Shown here in pieces: positions 1 through 9,276 of a stretch of 29,386 nucleotides of DNA. The position numbers were made by a program, and so were the translations under genes. The stretch is from NCBI GenBank assembly GCA_964651015.1, contig CAZYYS010000023.1:1-29386 (forward strand). Reading direction: 5' to 3'. Under the pieces are notes generated by a model. That model worked only from the letters and a program-made list of their open reading frames with translations. It did not search any database and was not told the DNA's origin. Position 1 is the first letter of the stretch, and each line of letters begins with the position of its first letter. The DNA is from an uncultured Verrucomicrobiota bacterium (GTDB taxonomy: Bacteria; Verrucomicrobiota; Verrucomicrobiia; Limisphaerales; PALSA-1396).

Positions 1-1
1 A

Positions 2-1054
2 GGAATTTATTGCAGCACGCGGCCTGATCCCCGCACGAAATTTCCGCACACCGACGGCATCTGCACCTACATTCTGGAATACGCCAACGGCCTGCGCGGT
101 GTCGGCATCGACGACATCTGGACCGGACCCGCAAAGGAAGGTTGCCCCGGCGACATTCGCATCCAATGGCGGATCGAGGGCACGAACGGCCTGGCGATTG
201 GCGAAATCGGCTGGTGCAAGGACCCCTACACGACGCCCTCGACGATTCGTTACGCCGCCAAGGGCGACAAGGAATTCCATCAACCGCGCTGGACGGAGAG
301 CTGGTTTCCCGACGCCTTTATCGGGACCATGGCGCAACTGCTCATCGCACTGGAAAACGGAACCGAGCCGGCCATCAGCGGTGAGGACAATCTGAAAACG
401 ATGGCTTTGGTGGAGGCGGCCTATCAAAGCGCGGCACAATTCAAATCAATCGGAATGGATCAGATGGAAAGAGTGCTTCAACAGAAGCCTGAGACTGCTT
501 GGAAAGCTCCCACAGTCAAGCCTCCGGGACTTTTTGAAAAACTATTCTCAAAACTGGCACCCTCCGCCAAGACGCCGTTCGAGACTGAAATTGAGGTAAA
601 TTTTACACCGCGCGCGCAGCAAGTCCTTTCATTGGCGCGAAAGGAAGCTGGCCGCTTCAATCACAATTTCGTTGGCACCGAACACCTCTTGCTAGGTCTC
701 ATTAGACTCGGCCAAGGCGTCGCCGTCAATGTACTCCGAAAATTAGGTCTCGATCTCGAAACTGTCCGCATGGCAATCGAAAAAGAAGTTGGTTCCGGCC
801 ACGACCAGAAGGTGATTGGCAACATTCCTTACACGCCTCGCGTGAAAACAATTCTCGCTCTTGCCTCCAAGGAAGCCAAGGCGCTCAATCACACTTACGT
901 TGGCACCGAACATATTCTCCTCGGTCTTCTTCGTGAAGGCGATGGGCTCGCAGCAAGACTTCTCATGCGTTTGGACGTTACTGTGGAAGAAACGCGGAAG
1001 GAAATCCTTAAAGAACTCGACCCAAATTTCAATGACACCGACGAACAAGCGTGA
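2..1054 (+). CDS. 5'-partial Gfo/Idh/MocA-family oxidoreductase (C-terminal domain, approx 2-454) continuing in frame, with no stop, into a protein with two Clp_N repeats (approx 455-1054). May be a true fusion or two genes.
   Basis: Frame 2 is open from the window edge to TGA at 1052-1054. The N part (WFPDAFIGTMAQLLIALENGTEPAISGEDNLKTMALVEAAYQSA) is the typical C-terminal motif of Gfo/Idh/MocA dehydrogenases. The C part has two copies of the Clp_N repeat (FTPRAQQVLSLARKEAGRFNHNFVGTEHLLLGLI and YTPRVKTILALASKEAKALNHTYVGTEHILLGLL). Internal ATGs at 455 and 464 could start a separate Clp_N protein. Confidence 0.6.
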   Translation, partial: GIYCSTRPDPRTKFPHTDGICTYILEYANGLRGVGIDDIWTGPAKEGCPGDIRIQWRIEGTNGLAIGEIGWCKDPYTTPSTIRYAAKGDKEFHQPRWTESWFPDAFIGTMAQLLIALENGTEPAISGEDNLKTMALVEAAYQSAAQFKSIGMDQMERVLQQKPETAWKAPTVKPPGLFEKLFSKLAPSAKTPFETEIEVNFTPRAQQVLSLARKEAGRFNHNFVGTEHLLLGLIRLGQGVAVNVLRKLGLDLETVRMAIEKEVGSGHDQKVIGNIPYTPRVKTILALASKEAKALNHTYVGTEHILLGLLREGDGLAARLLMRLDVTVEETRKEILKELDPNFNDTDEQA

Positions 1055-1132
1055 TAACCGTGAATGATCGGCTCGATAAAGACCACCACGGGTATTCGTA
1101 ACTAGTGAAGCCGGGCTTGAATCGGTAAGGAA

Positions 1133-1360
1133 CTAACTCTTTTTGGGCTTGGGTTGCTTCTCCCTTTGCTCGTCAGTTGGATAGAAATAGAACGAATGCT
1201 CTTTCCAGATTTTTCCCTCCGACACGAGCTTATCGAGGGTATGTCTGGCCCAAGAAGGATTTTCGCGGAAGGCCTGTCGATCCACCATCTTGCCGACTTC
1301 CTTGCAGGAAAACAAAGTCCCGGGCGTCTGCATTATCAGTTGAGTGATTTCCAATTCCAT
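1133..1360 (-). CDS. small hypothetical protein (75 aa), DUF3253-like (winged-helix-like)
   Basis: ATG at 1360 and a protein-like composition (SCKEVGKMVDRQAFRENPSWARHTLDKLVSEGKIWKE, lysine-rich tail). The overlapping plus-strand ORF 1154-1429 looks non-protein-like. Family assignment is from memory only. Confidence 0.45.
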   Translation of the reverse strand: MELEITQLIMQTPGTLFSCKEVGKMVDRQAFRENPSWARHTLDKLVSEGKIWKEHSFYFYPTDEQREKQPKPKKS

Positions 1361-1513
1361 AATCCGGCTGGATTCTACAGTTTGCCGTCACTGATGCGAG
1401 CCTGGAATTTCCGGCAGCGAACCACCTGACCCAACCACATCGTCGAGTAAGTCGAAGAAGCCTACCGCGAGACAGCAAAGTTGTTGGACTTGGTGGGCCT
1501 TCGCCATTAAAAA

Positions 1514-1596
1514 GTAGCAGCCGAGGTCACGAGGCTCTATCTGAGTCAGCACTCCGCGTTGCGAATTAAAGTGAGCCTCCTTACGTCGGCTGCTAC
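1514..1596. repeat. 21-nt near-perfect inverted repeat (GTAGCAGCCGAGGTCACGAGG ... CCTCCTTACGTCGGCTGCTAC) flanking a 41-nt loop. It ends 12 nt upstream of the isomerase start codon.
   Basis: Read directly from the sequence. Arms at 1514-1534 and 1576-1596, 18 of 21 complementary. It lies in the divergent intergenic region between 1360 (-) and 1609 (+). Confidence 0.5.
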
Positions 1597-1608
1597 ATTC
1601 AACACTAT

Positions 1609-2571
1609 ATGCGCATCGGCTTTCTAACAGACGCCAACGTCGCGCGTCTCGATTGGGCGCAGCAAAACGGCTTCGGCTGCATCGAATGGAATCAATTTGA
1701 AAACAGCCTCGCCGGGACGCGCCATTCAGACTGGAAACCGTTCGCCGAACAATTCGCCAGCGAAGCCAAGTCGCGCAACATCCGGATCTCAGCTATTGGC
1801 GCACTCTACAAGAACCCGCTCGACCCGAAACAAAGCGACTTTGCCCGCACCACGTTTCTGCGGGCCATTGACGTCGCATCGCACCTTGGCGTCAGAACTG
1901 TGGCAGGTTTCGCCGGTACGGTGATCGAATTGGAAACAAATCCCAAAGGCGAAAACCCGGTCTATAGACCCTTCGAGAATTATCTGACGCAACTACTGCA
2001 GTTTTGGGAGCCGATTGCGAAAGTCGCAGCGGACAAAGGCGTGCGCCTCGCCTTCGAACACTGCCCGCAAGGGCCATATCACCTGCCGATCATGCACTAC
2101 AACATGCTCGGCCAGCCGGCGATGTGGGAGCGGGTGTTCAACGCGACGAAGTGCGAGAACCTCGGCCTCGAATGGGACGCCAGCCATTTGATCTGCCAGC
2201 TCATCGATCCGGTGACGAACATTCACAAGTTCGGGTCACGGATTTTTCACGTGCACGCCAAAGACGCGTTCATCAACCGGCAACTGCTGGAACTTTATGG
2301 TATCTGCCATCACGGCGTGGCGGAACATCGCTTCCCCGGCTTCGGTCAGGCGAACTGGGCGGAGATCGTCCACGCCCTGCTGCGCGCCGGTTACGACTCA
2401 GACCTTAACATCGAAGGCTGGCATGATCCCGTCTTTCGCGATCACGACACCAGACCGCCGTCGGACATCAAACTCGCGACCGACAATCGTCAATCCGGTC
2501 AAAAGCTTGAAGACGCGGGTTTGCTGGTCGCGAAACGCTGGCTGGAGCAGTTTGTGCCGAGGGAAACGTGA
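1609..2571 (+). CDS. sugar phosphate isomerase/epimerase (xylose-isomerase-like TIM barrel, AP endonuclease 2 family)
   Basis: 320-aa ORF with ATG at 1609 and TGA stop. Typical TIM-barrel motifs (RLAFEHCPQ, GLEWDASHL, HVHAKD, NIEGWHD). It sits beside a Gfo/Idh/MocA oxidoreductase, a common pairing. Confidence 0.85.
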   Translation: MRIGFLTDANVARLDWAQQNGFGCIEWNQFENSLAGTRHSDWKPFAEQFASEAKSRNIRISAIGALYKNPLDPKQSDFARTTFLRAIDVASHLGVRTVAGFAGTVIELETNPKGENPVYRPFENYLTQLLQFWEPIAKVAADKGVRLAFEHCPQGPYHLPIMHYNMLGQPAMWERVFNATKCENLGLEWDASHLICQLIDPVTNIHKFGSRIFHVHAKDAFINRQLLELYGICHHGVAEHRFPGFGQANWAEIVHALLRAGYDSDLNIEGWHDPVFRDHDTRPPSDIKLATDNRQSGQKLEDAGLLVAKRWLEQFVPRET

Positions 2572-2979
2572 CTTGTAATCTTAAGCGAACGGGAGTAACG
2601 AGGCTTGAGCTGCCCGGATGAGATCAAAGACCACACACCCTTAACCACGAGCCGGTTACAGTTTCACCAAGAAAAACAACCACAGCCGCCAGAAACGCTT
2701 CCGCCCCGGTCCACCCTAGCTGGGAAGCTCAACTGACTTCCGTGACCCGAACCATCATGAGACAGAGGTTGCAAACGACGAGTGTGCAGCGGGACGCACA
2801 GTTGCAACGGGCAACTGACTGCTGCCAGGGTATGTTGGTTCAAAGCGGGTGGCGAACCCTGAATAATTCCGCCAACTCGACAAAGACGACAAGCAAATGA
2901 CACCCGTGACAAAGTTAATGATTTACTGCCCGAATGTTTCGGTTAACATGATCGCCATCAACCCAATACTCTAATATCT

Positions 2980-3873
2980 ATGAAAGCCTTCTCGATTCGA
3001 AATACGCCTCCACCCGCCCACAGGGTGTCCACGCAGCGCGCATTTACGCTCATTGAACTCCTAGTGGTCATTGCCATAATTGCCATCCTCGCGGGCCTGC
3101 TGTTGCCGGCGCTGTCCAAAGCCAAAATCAAAGCCCAAGCCACCATGTGCTTGAACAATGACAAGCAATTGATGCTTGCCTGGTTACTCTACGCCGATGA
3201 CAACGGCGATAAATGTGTCAACAACTTTGGTGTGACTGAAACGGCCGCGGAGATTTCTGCGAGGACATACCGCAATTGGGTCAACAACAACATGAGTTGG
3301 ACCACGGATCCGGCCAATACCAATATTGACCTGATCAGGAATGGGCTGCTGGGTCAGTACACGGGAGGTAACTTGGGGATTTATAAGTGTCCAGCGGACC
3401 AATTCCTCTCTGCCGACCAGAAACGGTTGGGCTGGACCGCCCGGACCCGCAGCATGGCAATGAATGCCTTCATGGGCCCCTTCTCGCCATCGCGCGAACA
3501 CCAAAACGCAATCGGCAATAATTTTGAAAGCGGATACCGCCAGTTTCTTAAGACGACGACGATTCCTCAACCGGCAAAAATCTTCGTGACGTTGGATGAG
3601 CATCCCAACAGCATCAACGACGGTTATTATCTGAACACGTCTGGAAACTCGAGCGCCTGGGGTGATTCTCCGGCGACTTACCACGGCGGCGCTGCCGCCG
3701 TTTCCTTTGCTGATGGCCATGCCGAAATCCATCGCTGGCGGGGCGCCTGGGTCAACGCGCCGACCATCAGGCAAATTCCGAATACAGGGTATGCCGGAGG
3801 ACCGAACTTTACGGATGCCGCAGGCCGTCAGGATTTCAACTGGCTCTGGGAAAGGACCTCTATCAAAAATTGA
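2980..3873 (+). CDS. DUF1559 / H-X9-DG protein with a prepilin-type N-terminal cleavage/methylation helix (pseudopilin-like)
   Basis: N-terminus [30 protein letters not shown] followed by [21 protein letters not shown]. The C-terminal [19 protein letters not shown] is the H-X9-DG motif. This family is highly expanded in Planctomycetes/Verrucomicrobia. Confidence 0.85.
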   Translation: MKAFSIRNTPPPAHRVSTQRAFTLIELLVVIAIIAILAGLLLPALSKAKIKAQATMCLNNDKQLMLAWLLYADDNGDKCVNNFGVTETAAEISARTYRNWVNNNMSWTTDPANTNIDLIRNGLLGQYTGGNLGIYKCPADQFLSADQKRLGWTARTRSMAMNAFMGPFSPSREHQNAIGNNFESGYRQFLKTTTIPQPAKIFVTLDEHPNSINDGYYLNTSGNSSAWGDSPATYHGGAAAVSFADGHAEIHRWRGAWVNAPTIRQIPNTGYAGGPNFTDAAGRQDFNWLWERTSIKN

Positions 3874-3921
3874 CGCCTGCGCGCCGTTTCATTGCCACGA
3901 AACGACCATCAGCCAAACCGT

Positions 3922-6900
3922 CTATCTTCCTGCCGCCCAGACCACACTGTTTTGCAGAATCGTTTTGTAGGCGGGATGCTCGTGCGCCTTGCCATCGTGG
4001 CCCAGCGTAACGCAAACAACGCGCGCCTTTGGATGATTTGTTATCCAGACGACCGGGAAAGTCTTGCCGGTGATCGGGCTCTTGCCGGTTGCTAAAACCT
4101 TAATGGGGGTCCCCTGCTCGTCTCGAATGAAGTTGTAAAGCTCGTCCGTGATTTTGAAACTCGTCGGAACACCTGCCATGAGCGGATGGTCGCGTTCCAT
4201 CACAGTGACTTCGAACTCACCATATTTGTCGTGACCCTTTGCCCCGCCGCCGACCAACACGCGATTGTATTCCGGCCAATCATTCCAATTGTACCAAAGC
4301 GCCGGATGCACAAGCAGCAATCCCTTTCCCGCGTCAGCAAAATCGAAGATGCCTTTGCGTAGCGCCGGATCAGTCATTGGTTGATTGTTGCTTAGGTAAA
4401 GAACATCCAACTCCTTGAGCGCAGGCAACACCATGGGGAGTTGGTCGGTATAATTGGCCACGGCCCTGGCATCCGTCAGCGTAGCGATGTCGGCTTGATT
4501 AAACCATTTCCCAAAATCGTGGGAACTGCCGCCGCCCACAATCAGCGTGCGAATGGAATTTACCCCCGTTGTCGCCGAAGTGACGAGGCGGGCGGATTCA
4601 GATGCGGTTGCCGAGTTTTCACCCCTCCTCACGCCGGGGGCTGCATCGCCCACTTCCGCGGTGATCGCCACGAATGTGGGTGCAACCACGTTATCAAAAC
4701 TTTCCAGGCTGATTTTTTGAATGACCGCCTCATGCTCCAAAGGTTTCGTGAACCAGCGTACCTGGCCATGCGTTACCAGATCAGGCACTTGCTTGGAACC
4801 GGGCACTTCATAACTGGCATTGATGTAATCGACAATCTCCACTCCGTTCCTCATGACAATCTCCTCCTTTTGGCCGTCGGCAAAGTACACTGTGACTTTG
4901 GCAACCGGCAGGTTTTCATTCTTGTTGTCACCGCAGCAAGGCCAGGCCCAGCCGCCGACGCCGCCGAGGAAATGAAGTTTGCTGGCCTTGATCCCGATGT
5001 TCTCAACCTCAACTTTCTGCGCCCGGCTTTTGGCGAAACCGTTTCCGCCTTTGAGGACAATCAAGTTGTTGCCGGTCGTGGTTTTGGTGGGATTCACGAT
5101 TTCAAACGGGATGTCGCCGACCTTGATCAACCCGAATTTTCTAAACTCCAGCGTTTCCGCCAGACTCTCCTGTGAATTGTAAATGCCCTTCCGACTATCG
5201 GCGGTGAACGTCGGCTTGAGGTCAAGCAGCCGGTATTTGGATTCTCCGACGCACATGTAACTCAAAATGTCACGCAGTCCTTCTACGCCCAACGCTTCAA
5301 AACCGTTCGGCATGAGCGATAAGCCGGTGTTGCGGCGCGATTTGATGTCGGCAGATTTGATTTCTGTGTCCCCACTGGCATTACGAAGCATGACGCTGGT
5401 TCTATTTTCGCGTGCGATGATGCCATCGAACGACTGGCCATCTTTCGTCTCGATGCTGTAAGAAATAAAGTTCGGCTCCACCACGCGATTCGGGTCCAGC
5501 ACGTGAACCAGCAACTCCGCCGCGCCATGCGCTCCCATGCCGGTGAGATCAGGCGCAAGGTCCTTGCCCTCGCCGTTGAACTTGTGACAGATGGCACAAT
5601 TTTGCGTGAATAATTTGTGGCCGCTTTCAACGTCTCCCGGCTTCACAACCATCGGCGTAATCTTCGCAACCAGTTCATTTTTCTCTTTTACTTCCGGTCC
5701 GCGCAATTCGTCGATAACCGAATTGGCGCGTTGAGCCACCGCGTTGTCGCTGTGGGTGCGCAACCGGTGGATGCCAGCCGGACCAAGCGTCGCAAGATTG
5801 ATCTGCCCGCTCTTGAGCGCCTCGATCAACGCGAGCGCCCAGTCGGGGCGTTTGAGCAACTGACCGAAAGCCACTTCCTGCAAATCCGCTGGAAGCTTGG
5901 GAAACGCCTCAGCGAGCAACTTTCCAACGGACGGATCCGCCGCGCTCCCGAGCGCTTCAATCGCGCGTCGTTGCAACGTTGGCGAACCTGGCGAGCCAAG
6001 AATAGTGGCGACCGATGGGAGGATGTTCGCGTTCAACTGGCGCACCGCCAGGAGGCTCGCGACAATCTCGGCCCGCTCCTCATCGGGCTTGGAAGCATCA
6101 TTCAAACGTGCGATCATGGAGTCGATGAGTGATTTCACGTCACCAGCCATCGCACCGTTCTTATCCCAGCGAGCAATCAGCGGCAGCGCGGCTGCCGGCA
6201 CCCCTGGATTGGCGGAGGCCAGCAATGAGTGGAAAGCCGTTTGCAGTTCCGGCGTCCATGCAGGAATCGTTTCCGGTTTCAACCCTTTGGCCAGGTTTTC
6301 CAAAACGATTTGTTTGAGTGCATCGTTAGCGGGGATCCCGGCGGCAACTGACGCTACCAGTTGCGCTGCAAGTCCTCCATCCTGTTTCGAAGCCAGCGCC
6401 TTGGTTAATTCGGCAACCAGGTTGGTCAAAGCCCCGGCGTTGCCTGAGTTCATTGCGACTTGGATGAAGACGATCGGGGTTTTGTTGCCAGCCGCTACGA
6501 CCGCAGATTGTGACCAGGCATCCTTTAGATCGGGATAAACGGCGACCAACTCTTCCGCGATCCTTCGCGAAGTCGGGAAAACATTTGCGGTTCCGTCAGT
6601 TCGCGGAGTCGTCTGCTTCTTGTTCTCTTCGGTCGTCGAAAACTCGGCCAAGGCAAGGATGGCCGCAAGCCGCGCCTGCGGGTCAACGTCCTTTAGGTGT
6701 GGAAAAATGGAGATGTCTAGTTTGTGGCCCAGACCCAGCAACCGCGGTTTCGCGGCGGCAACTTCAAGTGCATTCTTTCGAACCGCGCCTGCCGGGTCTT
6801 GGATCAAAGCAACCAAATCAACCGTGCCAAGCTTTTCCATGGCCGACAAAACCCAGAGGGAGTGAATGCGCGCGTAATCGGGTGCCATCTTGGATTGCAG

Positions 6901-9102
6901 CAAGTCAACCAACCTCGAAACCGTGTTCGCGGAAGCGGTCTCTTCCAACAATCGCTGCGCGCTCATCCGCACCGCGCGATTGGGATGCTCCAAGGCTTTC
7001 AGCAACGCTTTGTCGGAGGCTTTTACCAAATTCGGAACTTCAATCTTCTTCGCCTGCTTGTGATCCACACGCCAAATACGCCCGAAATAATGGTCACGAT
7101 CCGGGCGCACGGCGGCATTTACGGCATTGTGTTTCGGACCGCGCGTGTCGTTGTGGATCACGGCTTGGTTGTAGAAATCGAGGATGTAAAGGGCGCCGTC
7201 CGGCCCGATGCGTGTTTCGATCGGCCGGAACCAAAGATCGTGCGAGCCAATGAACTCAGCTTCCCGGCTTTTGTTTGCCGTATAGCTCACGCCCTCCGGC
7301 GTTACGACTTCGTGGTGGATAATGTTGATGGTCGGCTCGGTGGTGAAATAGTTGTAACGCCACTCGCTCGGCCAGGTGCCGCCGTCGTAGATCGCGCAAC
7401 CAGCGGAAGCCGTGAACGACCCGACCAGATCAATCTGCACGTACGCCAGGTTCTCGGATTTCATCAGAGGGAAGGATTTCGGGCTCTTCTTTACGATCTT
7501 GAAGCTTGTTGTGTTGCCGACCTTCCCTCGCGCCAAAACGCTTTCCGGCAGAACCACGTTCATCAACAGATCGCCGCTGGTCGGTTGGGTGAAAAAGAGT
7601 TCGTTGTCCCAGCCAAAGTCCAGCCCCCAGGTGTTGCCGCCTTTCGAGCAGTATTGCTCAAACGCGCTGCCGTCCGGCTTGAAGCGGACCACACCGGAAT
7701 TGATGCGCCCAAAATCCTTGTCGCCGGAGCCGCTCGTAACGTGATCGCTGCCACTGTAACCGTGCGTGGCGTAGATCCAACCATCATAACCCCAACGCGG
7801 ATTATTGATCACGGCGTGCGTGTCGAACGTGCCAAGCCCCGTGTAAAGTTTTTCAACCTTGTCCGCTTTCCTGTCGCCGTTCGTATCCCGCAACCAAAGA
7901 ATGTCCGGCGCTTGCGACACAATCACACCGTCGCGGTAAAAGACAAATCCAGTGACGAGTTCCAGCCCCTCATAGAAAACCTGCTTTTTGTCCATGCGAC
8001 CATCCCCGTCCGCATCGCTGAGAATGCTGATCCGGTCGCGCGCTGAACGATCTTGTTTGCCGGGCATGGCAACCAATCCGCCGTGGTCTTTCCAGGGCGC
8101 GGCGCTCTGATCGGGTTTGATCCCGCGGCGCCCGTTGGGATACTCGGGGGTTTCAGCAACCCACAGTCGCCCCGCGGGGTCCCAGTCCAGTGCAATCGGT
8201 TTATTGATGAGTGGTTCGGCAGCGACGAGTTTGATGTTGAAGTCTGGATGAATCTCAAGTTTGGCTGCGGCCTGTTCCGGAGCCGTAGGACCGCCTTCGG
8301 GATAACGAAGACTGGCGAGTTCCTGCTTGCTACAAATCAAATTGACGTCGCGCTTGCCCGCCCAAGCGATGCCCCGGAGGATGACGGTGCGAAAATGCGG
8401 CAGATTGAACGATTTGTAATGATGCCCCGGTATGCAGACGAACGCACGGTAATTATCCTTCTCGTACGTCCACATCTGTGGAATGACATCGTAGATATGC
8501 GGGAATGAGCGTCCGTTTTTCGTGTTCCGTTTGTCCGGCGACCACGAAGCCGCAAGGATACTTGCTTCCGGCATCAGGTGCAGGTCCCAATAGATTTCAT
8601 CGTCGAAATCGAAGTTTGAGCATCCGTCAGTAATTGGGTTTTGCTGGTCCAGGTAGTAAAAAGAAATGTCGCCTTCAAACCACTTCGAGTGTCCGTGCTC
8701 CCAGGCGCCACCGATGATCGTCTTGAACCACTGCGGGTCATTGCCGCAGACCGAGTCATGCAACGCCACCACGCCGCCGCCGCGTTTGAGAAACTTGTCG
8801 AGGTTCGCGCGGTCTTCCGGCTTGATCGTGCCGCCCTCCGCCGAATACATGACCAGCACATCGGTATTCTCAAGTTGCGTGGCGGTCGGGAAACCAACGG
8901 CGCCGTCACACTTTGCGCCGCGCTCATTAAGCAACGTCTTCCATTCCTTCAAAAACAAAGGCCCATCGTGCTGGCCGTTGCCGGCCGGGCCGTGCGTCTT
9001 CTCGCCGGCCCTAATGAAGACGCGGAGGGGCTTGCTCGGTTGAGCAAGAGCCGTTGTGAAGCAAAGTGCAAGCACTAGGCCGAAAGCAAAATATCGTTTC
9101 AT
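3922..9102 (-). CDS. secreted giant multidomain protein: signal peptide; ThuA-like domain; PVC-type membrane-bound dehydrogenase beta-propeller; HEAT repeats; cytochrome c (CXXCH) heme-binding domain; unassigned beta-rich domain; second ThuA-like domain
   Basis: Continuous ORF with TAG stop at 3922-3924. Likely start is ATG at 9102 (MKRYFAFGLVLALCFTTALAQ signal peptide); the ORF-track start at 9243 adds 47 non-signal residues. Domain positions on the protein from the 9243 start:
- ThuA-like, aa 70-300 (GGGVVALHDSVCG).
- Propeller, aa 325-730.
- HEAT repeats, aa 740-1180.
- CAICH motif, aa 1216-1220, equal to nt 5584-5598.
- Second ThuA-like, aa 1560-1773 (LIVGGGSSHDFG ... CVTLGHD). Confidence 0.85.
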   Translation of the reverse strand: MKRYFAFGLVLALCFTTALAQPSKPLRVFIRAGEKTHGPAGNGQHDGPLFLKEWKTLLNERGAKCDGAVGFPTATQLENTDVLVMYSAEGGTIKPEDRANLDKFLKRGGGVVALHDSVCGNDPQWFKTIIGGAWEHGHSKWFEGDISFYYLDQQNPITDGCSNFDFDDEIYWDLHLMPEASILAASWSPDKRNTKNGRSFPHIYDVIPQMWTYEKDNYRAFVCIPGHHYKSFNLPHFRTVILRGIAWAGKRDVNLICSKQELASLRYPEGGPTAPEQAAAKLEIHPDFNIKLVAAEPLINKPIALDWDPAGRLWVAETPEYPNGRRGIKPDQSAAPWKDHGGLVAMPGKQDRSARDRISILSDADGDGRMDKKQVFYEGLELVTGFVFYRDGVIVSQAPDILWLRDTNGDRKADKVEKLYTGLGTFDTHAVINNPRWGYDGWIYATHGYSGSDHVTSGSGDKDFGRINSGVVRFKPDGSAFEQYCSKGGNTWGLDFGWDNELFFTQPTSGDLLMNVVLPESVLARGKVGNTTSFKIVKKSPKSFPLMKSENLAYVQIDLVGSFTASAGCAIYDGGTWPSEWRYNYFTTEPTINIIHHEVVTPEGVSYTANKSREAEFIGSHDLWFRPIETRIGPDGALYILDFYNQAVIHNDTRGPKHNAVNAAVRPDRDHYFGRIWRVDHKQAKKIEVPNLVKASDKALLKALEHPNRAVRMSAQRLLEETASANTVSRLVDLLQSKMAPDYARIHSLWVLSAMEKLGTVDLVALIQDPAGAVRKNALEVAAAKPRLLGLGHKLDISIFPHLKDVDPQARLAAILALAEFSTTEENKKQTTPRTDGTANVFPTSRRIAEELVAVYPDLKDAWSQSAVVAAGNKTPIVFIQVAMNSGNAGALTNLVAELTKALASKQDGGLAAQLVASVAAGIPANDALKQIVLENLAKGLKPETIPAWTPELQTAFHSLLASANPGVPAAALPLIARWDKNGAMAGDVKSLIDSMIARLNDASKPDEERAEIVASLLAVRQLNANILPSVATILGSPGSPTLQRRAIEALGSAADPSVGKLLAEAFPKLPADLQEVAFGQLLKRPDWALALIEALKSGQINLATLGPAGIHRLRTHSDNAVAQRANSVIDELRGPEVKEKNELVAKITPMVVKPGDVESGHKLFTQNCAICHKFNGEGKDLAPDLTGMGAHGAAELLVHVLDPNRVVEPNFISYSIETKDGQSFDGIIARENRTSVMLRNASGDTEIKSADIKSRRNTGLSLMPNGFEALGVEGLRDILSYMCVGESKYRLLDLKPTFTADSRKGIYNSQESLAETLEFRKFGLIKVGDIPFEIVNPTKTTTGNNLIVLKGGNGFAKSRAQKVEVENIGIKASKLHFLGGVGGWAWPCCGDNKNENLPVAKVTVYFADGQKEEIVMRNGVEIVDYINASYEVPGSKQVPDLVTHGQVRWFTKPLEHEAVIQKISLESFDNVVAPTFVAITAEVGDAAPGVRRGENSATASESARLVTSATTGVNSIRTLIVGGGSSHDFGKWFNQADIATLTDARAVANYTDQLPMVLPALKELDVLYLSNNQPMTDPALRKGIFDFADAGKGLLLVHPALWYNWNDWPEYNRVLVGGGAKGHDKYGEFEVTVMERDHPLMAGVPTSFKITDELYNFIRDEQGTPIKVLATGKSPITGKTFPVVWITNHPKARVVCVTLGHDGKAHEHPAYKTILQNSVVWAAGR
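5584..5598 (-). other. heme-binding CXXCH motif (CAICH) of the cytochrome c domain in the giant protein
   Basis: The reverse complement of 5584-5598 is TGT GCC ATC TGT CAC. The context KLFTQNCAICHKFNGEG matches the Pirellula/Verrucomicrobium-type heme-binding domain. Confidence 0.8.
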
Positions 9103-9186
9103 AAGTTCGCCGTTGGGCATCTGATCCGAGATTACCCGGTTTGGTAGTGTTGCCGAAAGAATTATTTGTAGCGCTATTGATACTGC

Positions 9187-9206
9187 CTGTGCGTTTGGCC
9201 GCACAG
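9187..9206. promoter_or_regulatory. 7-bp inverted repeat CTGTGCG-N6-CGCACAG in the divergent intergenic region between the giant gene and the histidine kinase
   Basis: Read directly from the sequence; candidate operator. No promoter consensus could be assigned confidently. Confidence 0.25.
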
Positions 9207-9276
9207 TCAAAAGCAAGCTTGATGTTGTTCCGCGCTCAAGCAATCGTTCATCGGGCCATCGAACCGGACCAAAGAA

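Noticed and set aside
99-395. ORFs 99-395 and 142-384 in alternative frames at the window start
   Set aside because: Arg-rich out-of-frame readings of the Gfo/Idh/MocA coding region.
1154-1429. Plus-strand 91-aa ORF overlapping the small minus-strand gene
   Set aside because: The translation has no protein-like features. The opposite strand gives a DUF3253-like charged small protein.
2664-2912. 82-aa minus-strand ORF in the 408-bp region upstream of the DUF1559 gene
   Set aside because: Cys/Gly/Ser-rich, no start context. The region is better treated as non-coding leader or promoter. Its short palindromes (2783-2817, 2930-2942) are noted but too small to call as elements.
4441-9078. Multiple long plus-strand ORFs (4441-5175, 5617-6132, 5897-6538, 6510-7253, 6724-8046, 8053-8508, 8641-9078) antisense to the giant gene
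   Set aside because: Arg/Ala/Pro-rich, low-complexity translations typical of antisense frames in GC-rich coding DNA. The minus strand encodes a coherent domain series over the entire span.
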